Shown here: one piece after another, positions 25,211-38,825 of the stretch | Layout: every line of letters begins with the position of its first letter | How positions within the stretch are numbered: position 1 is the stretch's first letter | From: Catajapyx aquilonaris | Taxonomy: Eukaryota | NCBI GenBank assembly: GCA_000934665.2 | Contig: KZ538192.1 | Coordinates: forward strand, 62,001-105,255 | Reading direction: 5' to 3' | DNA length: 43,255 bases | The notes under the pieces: model-generated | Database searches by the model: none | What the model saw: the letters and a program-made list of their open reading frames with translations, nothing else | Told to the model about the DNA's origin: nothing | Translations under genes and position numbers: made by a program

Positions 25211-28200
25211 CTACGAACACGAGGTTCCAGAACCACAGCTCATAACCAAAATGCATTGGAGTATGATGAAAACTACAACGTTCACATGAATAGATACTGC
25301 CAATAATTAGTCTGAGCCGGTTGCTTTTTCTATGCATTTTCTATAGTACACGCATAAATCAAGAGAAGCCCTGATGTAATTATTGAAAAGCGGATGTGAG
25401 CAAAAGTTCTGGTATGATTGAGTGGGAAACTCGGTACAGGACGCCTGTATGAAAATGCAGGGTGCGTGTTCTGGCGATAGGAAACGGATTACATCCAGCC
25501 CCCTGCAAATTGATTATGCTTGCTGCGTTGGTGATAACACTAAGTAGAAGAGAATGACTTGTTCTGGTGGACTTTGGGATAGACAAACTTTTTTTTTCGT
25601 GCGTCTGAGGGTACCCTCATGGGGGCTGGTTTATTTAGGCGTACATTTTGTGGGTACGGGTCTTGAGACTTTTGCCGACCTTCTGGATCGATGCTTTTGG
25701 TTGCTGACTTTTTGTCCAGGTTGGAAAAACTGGCAGCGGGAATTGTCACCGCAAGCTTTGCAGCGAAATGCGGGGGCTCCATTAACGCTCTAGGCTATAC
25801 ACTGCATAATGCGTGACATTATCTGACGCCGGCTTTAAAACTGCTGTAAATAAATTTCCCGCTTGCTACACCCATACTAGAGAGCACTGGCCCTTACCAT
25901 AAAACCTGTCCTTCAGCGTGAGAATCCAAAACGTGTGGATGCGCAGAAGAACTTCCAAAATCACACTCTGCGCAGGTGCTTTTAGCGGTTTAGACAAAGT
26001 TGAACCCACCCTGTACATTGTCATGACGTGTACCCTTGATCATTTTCCGCTGTTATGTTCACTTGCAGTAGCCTACTGGTCTAACCATATGAAATATGGT
26101 TTGGTCTTTGTGGCCTCTTGTCGCTGGCGTCAAAACAGGTTTTCGTTAATGGAGCGGGCTTCAAAATACATATAGCTTTAGTTTTATCAAATCCTGTTCG
26201 GGAAGCGTAAACTACGGGTCATTTACTACGGTTATACCGGTAGCAGGCACACTTGCAGCATGTTGTGGGATTAGCTTGCTAATGGACACAATGTGACCTG
26301 ACGGTTTGAATAATATCTAGTTAAAAGACAAACAAGCGCATATATGTTCATGGTAAACATAGCCTCACTGAATATACGTCCGTACTGTGCCGAACGCAAA
26401 GCTTTTAGAACGAATGCAACTTTTACTGCCATAATTTGATTAGTTTACCTAGCTGATACCGTATATACTGCTGGTGTCCGACAGATTTTCTACCAGCCTG
26501 TGCCACATAAATGATGGGGAATTATGGCAGAACGTGTTGCACTTCAATGCACGAGGCTTTAAAGGGAGGAATGCAGCACATAATAATGTATATAGTGCCT
26601 GTTGGTAGTGTTAATTAGTAGGTTTATTGTTATTTAATTGGATAACTAAAATTGTCTTACACCGTAATAATATAATTTTTCCACTATTGTGCTTGGACTG
26701 ATTTGCATGGCGTTACTCTGCCCAAGTGAACGATCCGCGAAGGGGGAGTGGAGTAAAAGAGATGGATTGGTTACCTCTGATGATGTAAACAAAGCCGGAG
26801 GTCATATATCTTGCAGTGCATTTGCATGTTTTGGGTGGTTTTTGTAAATAGTTTAAAACAGAAAGCATTCACTTTCCACATGCATATAGGTAACTCAGGC
26901 GAGAGGAAAAAAAACTTATCATCGTAAACCATTTACACAATATTTCTTTGCAACAATCGAACTATATGCACGTGTTCTTGCTGACTTTGTTTGCATAGCC
27001 AGGGGTGATCAATCCATTAATTTTATACTCCCTTCTTCCTCCTCGGACCGTTAAAATGAACAAGTATCCTGCATAACTACTCATTGGCAAGGATCATTCT
27101 ACCATTAAGTTGGCATTATTATTAACCATACGGTATAACTATAACGCAGATAATTCAACCATCGTATTATAATGTAACGTACGGTACAAAATCAAACGTT
27201 CAGTAGTACCAAATAAACCATTGTGTAATGAATTACACAAACATGAAGACATCATATGTTATTTCAGTTAGCTTATGAAAAGTGTGCTCTTAACACACTG
27301 TTGATTTTGCCACTGCTAGCCCGCAGCGCTGTATTAGCCTATATAACTCTGGCTAAATCCGCTTATTTTTAATAAGTAAAACGGCTTTGCCCTCTCCCTC
27401 ATTCTCTGAATCGGTCATCCATTGAAAAATCCGTCCCCCCCACATTTCATAGCAATGGAAGATCATTTTCCATCACATAATGGCCACATCCGTCAAACCT
27501 TGCCCACTACTGCATAATATTGTCATTCTAGTCTATGCCTATTACATAATACAATGATTCAAAAAGTGAGCACGTCTCTCATATACTTGAATTTCTTGCA
27601 CTATTCCCAGATGAATTATGATTTGATTTAGCACAAAAATGCTCATAACCGCATTGGGAATATTTTAACTGAAATTTCAGTTCCGACTGACATTTGTTAC
27701 CATTGTTATTGTGATCTGCTTAATAAATGTATCATCGATTGATGACAACCCAAGCTTTTTTAAATCCAATTTTACACCGTATATTATACTTGTGCATACT
27801 CTTCAGAATGTACACGTGAATTCCTGAATGAGTACCCCATTCACCTAAACTATAATTAATTTCATTTCACACTGTGATGGAGAGGCAAATGACGGTGCGA
27901 AGTTTACGCTACTTAGGCATACGTCAGCAACAACCTGGCAGATTATCTGTAGGCTACGCTATGAATGTTTCTCGACGTAAGGGGGCATGCTTTCAACTGT
28001 GGTGTATAGAGTAAATATTATTAGAGGATGTTCATGGCTTTGATTTTTAACCGGCGCAGCGTTCATAATATTCTCCCCCGGGGAGAAGAGGCTACAGACT
28101 TAACAAAAATATTTCATACAGGTTGAATCGCAAATTTTATAAAATATGCTCTAGAGCACTTGCACACTTTAAAATCATGTACCGTCTACTTTTATGAACG

Positions 28201-28489
28201 TTACGTGATTTTACAGTGTTATAATATCAGTGGCCAGAGGTAGGTGTACTTGTATAGGTACAAGATCACATTGTTTCAGAAGCCTATATATACATTTTTG
28301 ACAAATGTAACTTCAATTTCGATGTTACATGGATGAGTATATAGAAGTGCGATAATCCAGCACTTACCTTTAGCCCGCTTCGTTTCACGGGCTGTCATCA
28401 GAAATATGTTCGCATTTTCCTCCGTTGAGGATAACAAAATGGACACTGTCACGAAAGTACGTGCTAATAAGAGCGTTGAAAGGACTTAC

Positions 28490-28625
28490 CTACTACGACC
28501 AGGTCCAGGGATATAAAAGAAGTGACGAAAGAAGGAGCATCAGCGGACACCTCGCAGCTGAAGGTTCCAGACAAGCCCAACTGCATGTTCCTCAGCACGA
28601 CTTGATGCGCGTTGGATAACGACAA
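28490..28625 (-). CDS. beat: Internal coding exon of a Beat-family Ig protein; C-terminal half of the first (V-type) Ig domain
   Basis: Minus-strand acceptor 'cctccgtccctgtctttccag|' and donor 'G|gtaagt'. 136 nt, phase 0 in and phase 1 out. Translates LSLSNAHQVVLRNMQLGLSGTFSCEVSADAPSFVTSFISLDLVVV. The S-N-x-x-Q-V-V-L...S-G-x-F/Y-S-C-E-V-S-A-D-A-P-S-F motif is characteristic of insect Beat Ig1. Family is recognised from memory; the subfamily is not assignable. Confidence 0.92.
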
Positions 28626-29338
28626 CTGGAAAGACAGGGACGGAGAGGATAATATAGACCGCTGAAGATCAAGTTTTCCGGGGTTGGGGAAGAGTATAGG
28701 GTGGAAGTGAACTGCCAGACTTCCCCAAGCAAAGCAAGATTGCGGAGGCAACTTTGAACAAGTCGATTCTGGTAAACTGCTTCTTTCCGCTCTACAAAAG
28801 CGGCAAAAATCGGTGTTGAGCCCGGTGCTTTTGACGGAGATGCACACAGGAAGAAGAGGCTTATGCGCGAAGAAAGTTTCAGGTCCCGACCATCGGTGGA
28901 TGAATACTAAAGATTTGCGATATTGCATTGGGACGTTGCGCCAGTCATCTTTCATCTTTGTCTAGCGCTTGACAAAACAACGGATTATAGAAACACAACT
29001 CGTGCTCCAGCAAAATAATGGGCACAAGAGAAATACCTTGTTGTTTTTATTCAAGTTTCAACTCAGAATGCCTATATAGCTGAAAAAGGTGCATAATTAT
29101 TAATAAGGTCTGCTCTGGATGGCAGGTGTAGAAATGGTTTTTCGGCTGGAATTTTTTAAAACACTGCGTAAACAAAGATTTTTAAAGTTCAGAATATTAC
29201 ACTATATATACTACATGACATAGGCTACACGACTGAAGATACAGTATATTGTACAGTACTATAGTTATGTGGAATGTCGGAAACGGCCGATGGTATAATG
29301 GGCATGAAAATTTTGTAGTCCTAAAAAGCAGGAATATA

Positions 29339-29665
29339 GGGAGGCGGAGTGGTGCTGCGGTAACGCACGCGCCCACGGATGTTAAGGTCCCGGGTTCGAT
29401 CCCAGCCCGGGGTTCCCCCCTTCATCTCGTGCAGCGTTGGGCCATCTCTGTGGCTTCGTCTCGGGTGGAAATTTCCGCTAGACTAATCCACCCGGGGGAG
29501 TTCACAAAATGACCAATATGCGACATTGCACTTGCACTTTGCACATCCCCTCCTACTTACCCTTGGAACAATATATTAAAACATACACGTTATGTAAGGT
29601 TCCAAACATTTTGGTATCCCACTCCCCTAACAAGGGCCCAGGGCCCGATAATGGGGTACAGTAAA
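29339..29665 (+). mobile_element. Full-length tRNA-derived SINE (family B) with 16 bp TSD
   Basis: A-box-like TGGTGCTGCGG, B box GGTTCGATCCC and an A-rich end. Exact direct repeat aaaaagcaggaatata at 29323-29338 and 29666-29681. The body is shared with the copy at 7668-7800. Confidence 0.9.
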
Positions 29666-29889
29666 AAAAAGCAGGAATATATATCTATAGCCTTAGTTTA
29701 AACTCATTCTTACTTTAAAATGGTACACAAGTAAAGTTTTTTGCCTTTTCTGAGAAGGCAAAATGCAGCTTTAAAATAATTAAATATACAATTTGAAGGT
29801 ACGCTGAGCTTTCTCAGTATGTTTAGTGCCTTCTCGGTGCCTTTTCATGAAGTCACAAAACAGCTTTGAGCTTTGAGAAGGCACGAATT

Positions 29890-29995
29890 TAATAATCCGG
29901 GTAGTGCTTGACCTCATTGCGAAGTATATCGCACGGACCTTTATTTACGGAAGACATTTATTTAAACCTTTGTAATGTACGAAGCGCCCGGGTCA
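29890..29995 (-). mobile_element. 3' fragment of the same SINE tail as 7815-7921, in opposite orientation
   Basis: Reverse complement reads cccgggcgcttcgta...taaataaaggtccgtgcgatatacttcgcaatgaggtcaagcactacccggattatt. This matches 7819-7915 cccgggcgctacgta...taaataaaggtccgtgctgcatacctcagatgaggccaagcactaccccggattatt. Confidence 0.78.
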
Positions 29996-32900
29996 GGGGG
30001 CAGCGAAGTGTGAATAGGAGAGGAGAAAATTTAAAAATATATACATGTTAACTCATGCAAGTGCAGGATGTTTTCTCGCCATAATTTATGTCCTGAATTC
30101 TCTGACTATAATTATGTATTAATACTGTGTAATGTCATCACATTTCTTCATACACTGTCCAAGATAATTATTTTATGTCATTACCATAACGATCGATTAG
30201 GACAATTCTCCAGAGTATTAAAACGTTACTTTTTATTAATAAGAAGCATTTTAGCACATGCGAAACATTTTGGCGATCACTCTTTACAATAATGACATAA
30301 AAATTATTATCTTGTAAAGGTTGTGACGAAATGTCACTACATTAGCCTACAGCTTATTAAAACACATCGTCACAAATGCAGGAAATATATTCTGGTTGGA
30401 AAATGACAACTTTCGTTACCATGCTCAATTTGACCCTTCAGCAAATATTGACTCATTTAAAGTCTGTGATGAAAATGTAAATATGAACACATCCAAATAT
30501 TTGCTGTTTCCACTACTCTAGGCAAATACTTTAAATTATTAAAATGTGGTGTTTCTATGCTTATATTATATTTTTACATGCTATAGGCCTACACCCCACA
30601 AAAACCATTTATCCGTGCATATGATCATTAATATTACAATCGGGTTGAAATTATACCAACATAACAATTATCGCGATGCGCATGCATGTTTTTCCTCAGC
30701 GCGAAGGTGCGACAATTGATATCCGAAACCATATTACATCGCACCTTATATCTTCTGGGAGAATGGAGGGTGTGAAATCGTGAAGAGGAGGAACTCAAAT
30801 ATCAAGACTTACTGCTGTGAGCCCTGTCAGCCAGAGGGGCGGGCTATTCGAAACCTAGCAACCCCAGCAAGTCATCATGTTACAACAATTCCCGTAGGCT
30901 ACTTGTTTTATACTGCCTCAAATGTGTACATGTGAACCGTTAGTTTTTTAATTCAGGAAAATTACTGAACCTCCGACAAGTTTCATTATGGCTTTATTTT
31001 GAGGTAATTAATAAAATAAAATAAAAGTCACACGAAACTCTTATTACGAGGCTATCTAACATAATTTATCGGGATCTACTAGAGGTTCATCACTGCATTT
31101 TCACAAGCACACCTAGATAAAATTACTCGTGATTATACGATATATCGTTTTTCACATGAGGGAGCACTATAATTATGACCTCGTGATTACAAATGACCGC
31201 AAGGTATTGGCCTACATATGATTATGAGAATGGTTATATCCTCTGGCTCTACCCATCAGGGTGGAAACTTTAACATGTTTTCGTTCATTGTGTACAGTAT
31301 TAACGCGTGTTTTTATTGTTTTGCCTGTAAAGTTAACAATAATGGTATAATATTATTTTAAAATCACATAGACTACCGTATTACTAGCCTTAAAAATTAT
31401 TTCTAGACTCTACTAGCCTTCCCGTCAAAAGTATTAACAACCAGAATTTTAAAACAGAAGTGTTAAACCACCCATAAAACCACCCACAAAATGTGTTCTC
31501 GGCCATCCTAAAATGCACTTCTGAAACCTCCTAATTTTTAAATTTCCATCTCCATGGTTTGAAAAGTGGGAGATTCCAGAAGTGCATTCTCACATGTCCG
31601 TTGACTAGGCCCTATAGTTGAAATGAATTTGGAATCATTTGAGTTACTATAATGCGTATATGTAAAGAGAGTGCTATAATTCCCTTTTAATGGTCATAAT
31701 ATATTACACGAATTCCGACATAAAGATGATGTGTAGATTATTTAAGTCACGTTGCATGACTGTAAGATTGGGCTACAAACAACAATATGCCTTGAAATCT
31801 TCATTAAAGTAAACTTGGAGTTGTTTTTGGGTCAAGATTCATGTGGTGAGAGTGGCTGGAGTGGCTTTGAAGATTTTACCACGCGAATTTTAGCACTTTG
31901 ATAGCACAAGTGAAGTGATATGAAAATTAAAGACCTTATTTTAGTGACGTAAATATGCCATAATGGTAGTGACAAATAATTCTATAAAAATACACCAAGT
32001 CGAGGCCAAACCTTAACCCAAATATTTGAGTAGATTTGATAGCGTGAACTTAGGCTATACCGTAGAGGCATTAGAGAGCCAAAACTTAAAATATCATTTT
32101 AAATAGTATTTTGTAGCAATCGTATATACACAGGAGAAGCTCCACCATTCAGCATCGTGGCTGGGCCTGGTCAAAAACCAGTGCAGGAATAAGTGACCCG
32201 ATAAGGTGAACAAAACAGACAATTCCTACGCGAGTCAATAATTAATTGAAACGATATAAATGCAGCACGACTGAGCCTAACCAAAAAGGAACCAGACACA
32301 ATGCCTCAGATAATATTCTTTGCGGGCTTCCTCTTGATTGGATAACACGAGCAGTTTCCTCCGGTAAAAGAAGAGCTAGCTTCCGGGCATCAAAGCCAAA
32401 ACAGTGCGTTTGAAATATAGAAAGGGAGCTGGACTCACAAAGCATGGCATTAATTCATTTCAACATGAAAGGGCGTGACGTACAGTTGGGGTAACCAATC
32501 GAAAAACCAACTAAATCTTTTATGAAATCTCCGCTTCGACACCCGAAACCCTTTGACTCTGCCTTCACAAAAGCGCCAGTTCATACCCCGATTTTTTTCC
32601 CAAGCCCCCCGTCACTCCATATTGAATCTGAGAATAAAAACATGAATGCAACGGAGTAATTTTCTGCAAGTAGTGAACTATGAAGAGAGAAAAAAAAAAT
32701 TGCCAACCGTTTGTAACTTAATTTCCATTGCCTTCGTCACCCGTGAACTACAACCCGCCTTTTGATGGGGTCACTCATAATGACACCAACTCTATATTTC
32801 GGCTCGACTATTGTTCCGTGTTATATGCCACGCTTGTTTCATGTTAGAGCAGAAAGTGTACTCAGCCAGGGCCTGGTCGTAACAGGCCAACTTGTTTGTG

Positions 32901-35200
32901 TATGCAAGCACACGCGCTCCAGTATGCACATTTCTCTAGTGCGCAATCTACCCTGCACACTGATGAAGAAAACATGGCCAGCTCCTTAACAAAGACGACG
33001 CTCATACATGAAACATAATAAGCTGGGTTGAAGACGTGATTTAGACGTGCCATTGACGTACTGTGGGAAGAGCGAGGAGGCCCCCGCTTTTCATTATTAA
33101 TGGCCCTCGTAGATTACCAGATCTTTTGTTAGGCATCAGTTTGTGCATCCAGAGCAGGAATGAAATTTTCAAAGTATGGGAGGCCAAATATCATTTTTTT
33201 TTTCCAACTCCAAGCCGGGTATGGTGGGGATGGAAGGAGAAAAAAAGGGGAGAGTATGATAACGTCTTGAGATCAAACATGTATGAATGCACAGAGGGCT
33301 TCAAGTGCACAATGGAGATGTAAAGGCTGGCAGACGCCAGGGAAGTTTAATTTCGTGCATTAAGTATTCAGGATGAAGACGCCAGGAGAGAGAAAAAGGG
33401 GATAAGCTCATGAGATGCTGCGTCTTCAAAGACACAGCGCGGATTTGCAGCGTCACTCTGCGCTACACAAAGCTTATTCATATTAAAACTTTGCCAATTA
33501 TAGCCAGACGTGTCACCCTGGTTGACCCACATTCGGGGAAAACAAATTGCCAATGATTGCTGGTATAAATTGGCACAAAACTGTGAATATGACACTAAAT
33601 GCGTGCATTATTATCGCATCACACAAGCGAGTGCGGCTTCAATAATCGTAGGCCTAAGCTATGCTCATCCTAATGGCCATTTCATTATTTTTTTTTGGTC
33701 GGTACAAGGGTACATGTTAAAGGGAGATCTACTCTTCGCCAGTTTAGAATTTAGAGCACTTGGAGATTTTATTCCGAAAAAAAGAGAGGAAGTCATAGTG
33801 AAATTAGAAAGCCAGATGTGTGAGGACCGTAGTATTTAGCATGAAGCTCGCTGGAGTAAAAGTTAGTCGCTACCACGAACTCCTCTCTCGAAAGGAATAA
33901 GAATGAATCAGTTTCTTTCAGTCATGTTTTTAAATAGACAGGAAATCTTCCCGGAGCACCTGTTCAAAATTCCCATCGAGCGGTCTACATTTAAGCATGA
34001 AGGAGTTTCTAGAGTAACGTTTCGTCTCATGAAACCAGATGTTTTTTCCCGCAGCATTTTCCCTCCTGTTTTTTTCTGTTTCTTTTTTGTTTAGACGGTT
34101 TAATCTTGAATGTTGGTCGACGGGAACGAGGACATGAATTACTGGGTACACAGGTGCATGTGTTCGAATGATGAGGCTCGTTGCCTACTCAACCTCCCTT
34201 CAAACCCTGTTACACCGTGATCAATCAGATAGCGGTGTCATAAAGCCATGATCTGATTGTAACTGCCACGTCCACACTGTTTCGGTCAGGACAGCTGAAC
34301 TGGACAAGCGGCGATGGTCTTGAATTTGATTTGTTAGAAGGGGCCTTCAACCATTGGCAGACGGACAGAGTGCGTGGCCTAACAGCGTGGAAGCTGCGGT
34401 TCGCGAGATTCCCACCGATACGGTGAGCGAGTTCCCATCATACATTAGTAACAACGGAAGGCATCAGTTGGAATTCTTCATTCCTATAGATAGGTCACTC
34501 AGGAGGACTTAACATTGTACAATGCAGGAAAGAAACGGCGTTGACATGTCTCGATCCTGGCAGAATGAATAGCTCCGCGAACAGAACCGGGGATGGATTC
34601 TCCGCAACAAAAATACCCGGATTTCTTTCCACTCTTAATCGAATAGACTCGGGTGATCTACAGGCTAGTCTACAGCCAGTGTCATTATTTAACGAGAAAA
34701 AGCTGGCGAGGAGATATGGGTCCCTGAGGACGTCAATCGTCAGACCGTTTTTTCTCTCTCTCTTTTTTTTGGGGAGAGGCTAGGGAGGTTAAAGGGGGGT
34801 ATCCCATGCCTTCGAGCATGAGCTGGGTGAAAACACAACCTTCGTCCATGCAGTAGTCCTGGCCGCAGTCCATCTGATCCCTCACAATGGACACCAGGCC
34901 CTCTTACAGCTAAAAAGGAGATGCTTTTTGGAAACTTGCCCCCTTCGCATCCATACACTCGATCAAAAGCATCTCCCTCGAAAAACTGGGAGGGTAAAAA
35001 AATCGGAACTGGTCGAAAAAAAATGCAACTTTTGTAGGAAGCCACCCAGGCGGCGATACAAACTCAGGATGGAACTGCCCGTGCATTTTGATGAAAATCG
35101 GCTCCGGTACATGAATCCCACTTTCTGGCCCAGAAGACTGCCAACCATCTCAAAATATCGAATTGTGAGCTAACCGGTAGAGAGCAGGGAAGATGGCATA

Positions 35201-35257
35201 GAAGGAAAGAAAAGAAGAAGGAACGAAGAAGAAGAAGAAGAAGAAGGGGAAAAAAAA
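35201..35257. repeat. (GAA)n / polypurine tract
   Basis: Directly visible. Confidence 0.9.
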
Positions 35258-38200
35258 CTTAGAGAAAGGATCCCCTCTTTTCTGTGACTGAATTATTATA
35301 GCGGAGTCTCGCGCCCTATAGGATTTTCATTTCTCGTTTATGTCTCTCTTTTCTGCCCTACCGCTTTTTAAAGGCGGTATCGAGTTTTTCTTCTCACCTT
35401 AGACGAACGTTTTCTATCGACATTTTGGGACAGAAAGAACGTTTTACCATTTTTCTTCCTCGTGCTCCTTTTTGCAGGAAAAATAACCTGGCGGTAGAAA
35501 AAAAAATCCAGCCGAAAGGTAACTCTCGGTAATAAAACAGAAAAAGTAGATCTACTCCCGTATGCTGACTGTGAATTTTATATGGAAATGGCTATCATTG
35601 TCATTTCAGTTGACGCACAGCGAAAAAAAGTTTCCCCTGTCACAGCAAGCCACCAAACTATGACAGTGACACTTTCAAATATGTTACTGCAGGAGCTTTG
35701 TTTGCTAAATTCCTGCAGTATAAGCCTACACGATGTAATCGTCAGTTTAGACTTACATATATGCTGATGTGGGCCATCAGTATTTTATGTTGTCGGAGAT
35801 GTGTCATTATTTTTTTATTGTCACAACTGTGTTTCATATTGAACGCTAATGTTTCAAAACAGGAAGGAGATAGGAGTACAGTGTAAATTCGATCAAAGTA
35901 ATAATTAACTGGTACAGGACATACAGAATTTTATACCCAGGGGAGGACTGTCTACTGCGGCGGAAAGCTACCTTTTGCCATATGCAATTTACAATTGTTT
36001 ACTTACATGACGGCCTACTGCCAAGGGGCGTACATTACGTTTCCGACTCGTGTTGCGTGCCCATATGATGTATTACAACGAGAGCAAAAAAATATCATTC
36101 CAACATGTTTTCACCAATCTTGTGAAAAAAACAATGCTATTTTCTGTATCTTTTCCTAAGGCAATATCATTTTTAGCCGTATAGCGGTAGGTTAGTTTTT
36201 ATACAGTACGTTACATTTTGAATATACGACACAATCCCCTCCCCTATTGTGATATCTACTTCCAGCTGCTGGAAACAAATCAGGTACGCAGCTGTTGAGG
36301 ACATTTGAATACTCGTATATGTAGCTGTGCCATTGTTTTGCTATGTCCGGAAGGTGTGTAATTTTCATAATTTTCCAAAAATATTCCGATGTGTAATGCA
36401 CCGAACTATTCGCCTCTTTTTCGCCTCATTGACAACCTCTCGCTTGCACGCAAACTAAAATAGAGCCGGGGTAACATCCCATAGGCTATGAACGTTTCCC
36501 CACAAGCAGCGGGACTTAGCAAACGCGGGAATTAATTAGTGGCAATTAGGCACATGACCACACTCGTTGTTCAAATCCCACCGCGTGAAGCAATACATTA
36601 TAGGACGTAACAGCTCTGTGGATGAGAAAATGTAACCAAAGATTCAACCTGTAGCCTGAATATGTGGATCAAGTTTTCAAGTTTTCCTTCGATATTACTG
36701 CTACTATTGGCCTTTGTCCGTGTACCAATAACAGAAGCCCATTTGCACAAAGAAAGCTTTAGAAGCATCATTAAAATTGAAATTCAATTTCTTAGTACTT
36801 GGACATTATGAAAATTAGATAATAACGTATTCCATTTTTGTTGACTATTTGACAAAATGTATGATCAACTGGAGTATGCCCCCGCAAATGTCTTATCACG
36901 ATTAGCAAAATGATAAAGATATTAATAAGTGAATAAGTGAAGAAATAAAGAAATAAAGAAATAAAATAATCAAATTGCTTGGAAAAAACAAGCCAGGATC
37001 TACCTAGGTTATTTTTCCGTTCATCAACAGGTTATCGACAGCATGATGCAACTTGAGTGAATTATGTCAAAATGTCAAGTTGATGTAATGAAGTTCAGCA
37101 GAGGAAGTAAGAAACAGTCACACACGCAGGATCGCTAATGACGACAATAAAAATCGCTAGTTTCGTCATAGTATCGCATTTTTATAGCCATCAATTTGCA
37201 ACGCAAGCACGATTGCCAGATAAGAGTAATAGTGACCAACTTCAGCACATTGTCCTAGTTAAAGTAAATTAATCTGCAATAGTGCAGGTGCAGGCTATAT
37301 AATTATTGGCCTTGTTGGCCTTCCTGGTGCTGTTGCCACCGACGAACTGTAATATGCAGTAATGCTATATCATTCTCGGTGTCTGGAGCACGTGATGGAC
37401 AAAGCCATTAGTGTAATTAAAATAACAGCGATAACCAGCATTATATGACGGCTAGTGCCAAAACTCTGCCCTGCATGATAATATTGCGATTGATAGTTAG
37501 ATTGCTTTTTACTGCAAACCTAATTTCACTTTGCGTAGTTGGAATAATAAATAAGAAGCACTGCAAACAAGCTGTTGCTAAAATGAAACTGATTATTTGG
37601 CCATTAAGTGGCTTTAACTACATGTGCTACTGGGCTATTTAGTTATTGAGTGAAATATGTAGCATTTTGCTGTTCATTATGAAATGCAACAAAACATGAT
37701 TTGTTAATTGAGGCAGCAAGAAAACTCGTGTCAGAAAAGGACTCCGAGAAATTCCATGCAAACACGGAGATAATTTTATTTCTTTCTGCTCATAAGAAAA
37801 GTCCTTCCTGGTGTATAACTCAACACCTCAGAGATGGAAAGCTGTGTCATCAATAACCACTACACCTCCGTTCCACCCCTTAAAAAATAGATGACATAGG
37901 CCAAAATTTGCATTCCACTGACACTAACTTGTTGTGAAGATTATTTTGTAGCAGCAGCAAAGAAGATGTTGCCTACATTCTATACCTTCACGCTGAGAAA
38001 CTCGCATAAATGTAGTGCATTTCAGCACTTTCGTCCTCACGACACGTCATCAAAATGACTCCCTTGTGCCTGAATGAGATTTGCGGCCCAGTTCGAATCA
38101 GTTTCTGCCGTCTTGTTACAGTAGCTGTCACGAACACTCTGTGCAGATCCGTCTTCCGCATGAACAGTTTTCGAAGTCTTCCCAAGATCATATGCGGCGA

Positions 38201-38413
38201 GGGTTTTTATAAATTCTGATCACGAGTTTAGGCTGCCGAATCTACCAGAATACGAATGTCTGCAACTGTCAGTAATTTTGTTACTCGAAACGTCATAACT
38301 ACTCAGTGAACATCTTTAATTTTCAAGGTCTCATTTGCATCAGAGTCAGCACAGTTGCATTAATGGCAGGTTGATTACACGTTGTCCCATACCCACAATG
38401 TTCTATACACTAT

Positions 38414-38825
38414 CAGGGAGCATAATATACTACATAAGAGGCGCAAACTTCTGTCGGCGCCTTTGCCAAGGCTGGCGGCCATTTTGAAGTGTGTAGAACG
38501 CCAACGAGGTAGGGTACAGGCAAAAATATGGTCCGCCATCTTTTATGGGTTTGGCGGCCATGGCAACTACACGGCAAGAAGACGCGCGAATTTGAATTCG
38601 ATATTGGAATGGGCAAGTAAATTGTTATTGCGATGTATTGCCATGGCAGCCAAAACCATCAAAGATGGCGGACCCCCGCGGACCTTGACGGCCTGCCTGT
38701 ACCCTATTTATACCACGTTGGCGTTCCACACACTTCAAAATGGCCGCCAGCCTTGGCAAAGCCCAAAACAGAGAGACGCAAAAATCGAATGTTTGCGCCT
38801 CTTATGTAGTATAATATGCTCCCTG
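38414..38825. mobile_element. 412 bp MITE with long inverted arms and 7 bp TSD (P-element-like)
   Basis: TIR cagggagcataatatactacataagaggcgcaaac / gtttgcgcctcttatgtagtataatatgctccctg. Further paired blocks: tttgccaaggctggcggccattttgaagtgtgt / acacacttcaaaatggccgccagccttggcaaa and ggtccgccatcttt / aaagatggcggacc. TSD acactat at 38407-38413 and 38826-38832. Confidence 0.9.

Larger units (their letters stand above)
2961..28625 (-). other. beat: Supported span of the partial beat-like gene (3 exons; introns 28489-22323 = 6167 bp and 22188-3196 = 18993 bp); 5' part probably beyond 43255, 3' end unresolved
   Basis: Three exons lie in the correct domain order on one strand with GT-AG introns and compatible phases (0/1, 1/0, 0/1). 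They total 505 nt with no stop codon. I found no signal-peptide exon or 'C-x-Y-D-L...K-W-Y' exon in 28626-43255. Confidence 0.85.

Noticed and set aside
24924..25337. Poly-Q/poly-K ORF
   Set aside because: Produced by simple repeats (poly-T and TGC).
28626..28955. N-terminal part of ORF 28464..28955
   Set aside because: Lies upstream of the strong acceptor at 28626 and has no Ig features; only 28625-28490 is exon.
35938..36246. Possible hAT MITE (caggggaggactg / caatcccctccccta)
   Set aside because: Weak TIR match and no TSD.
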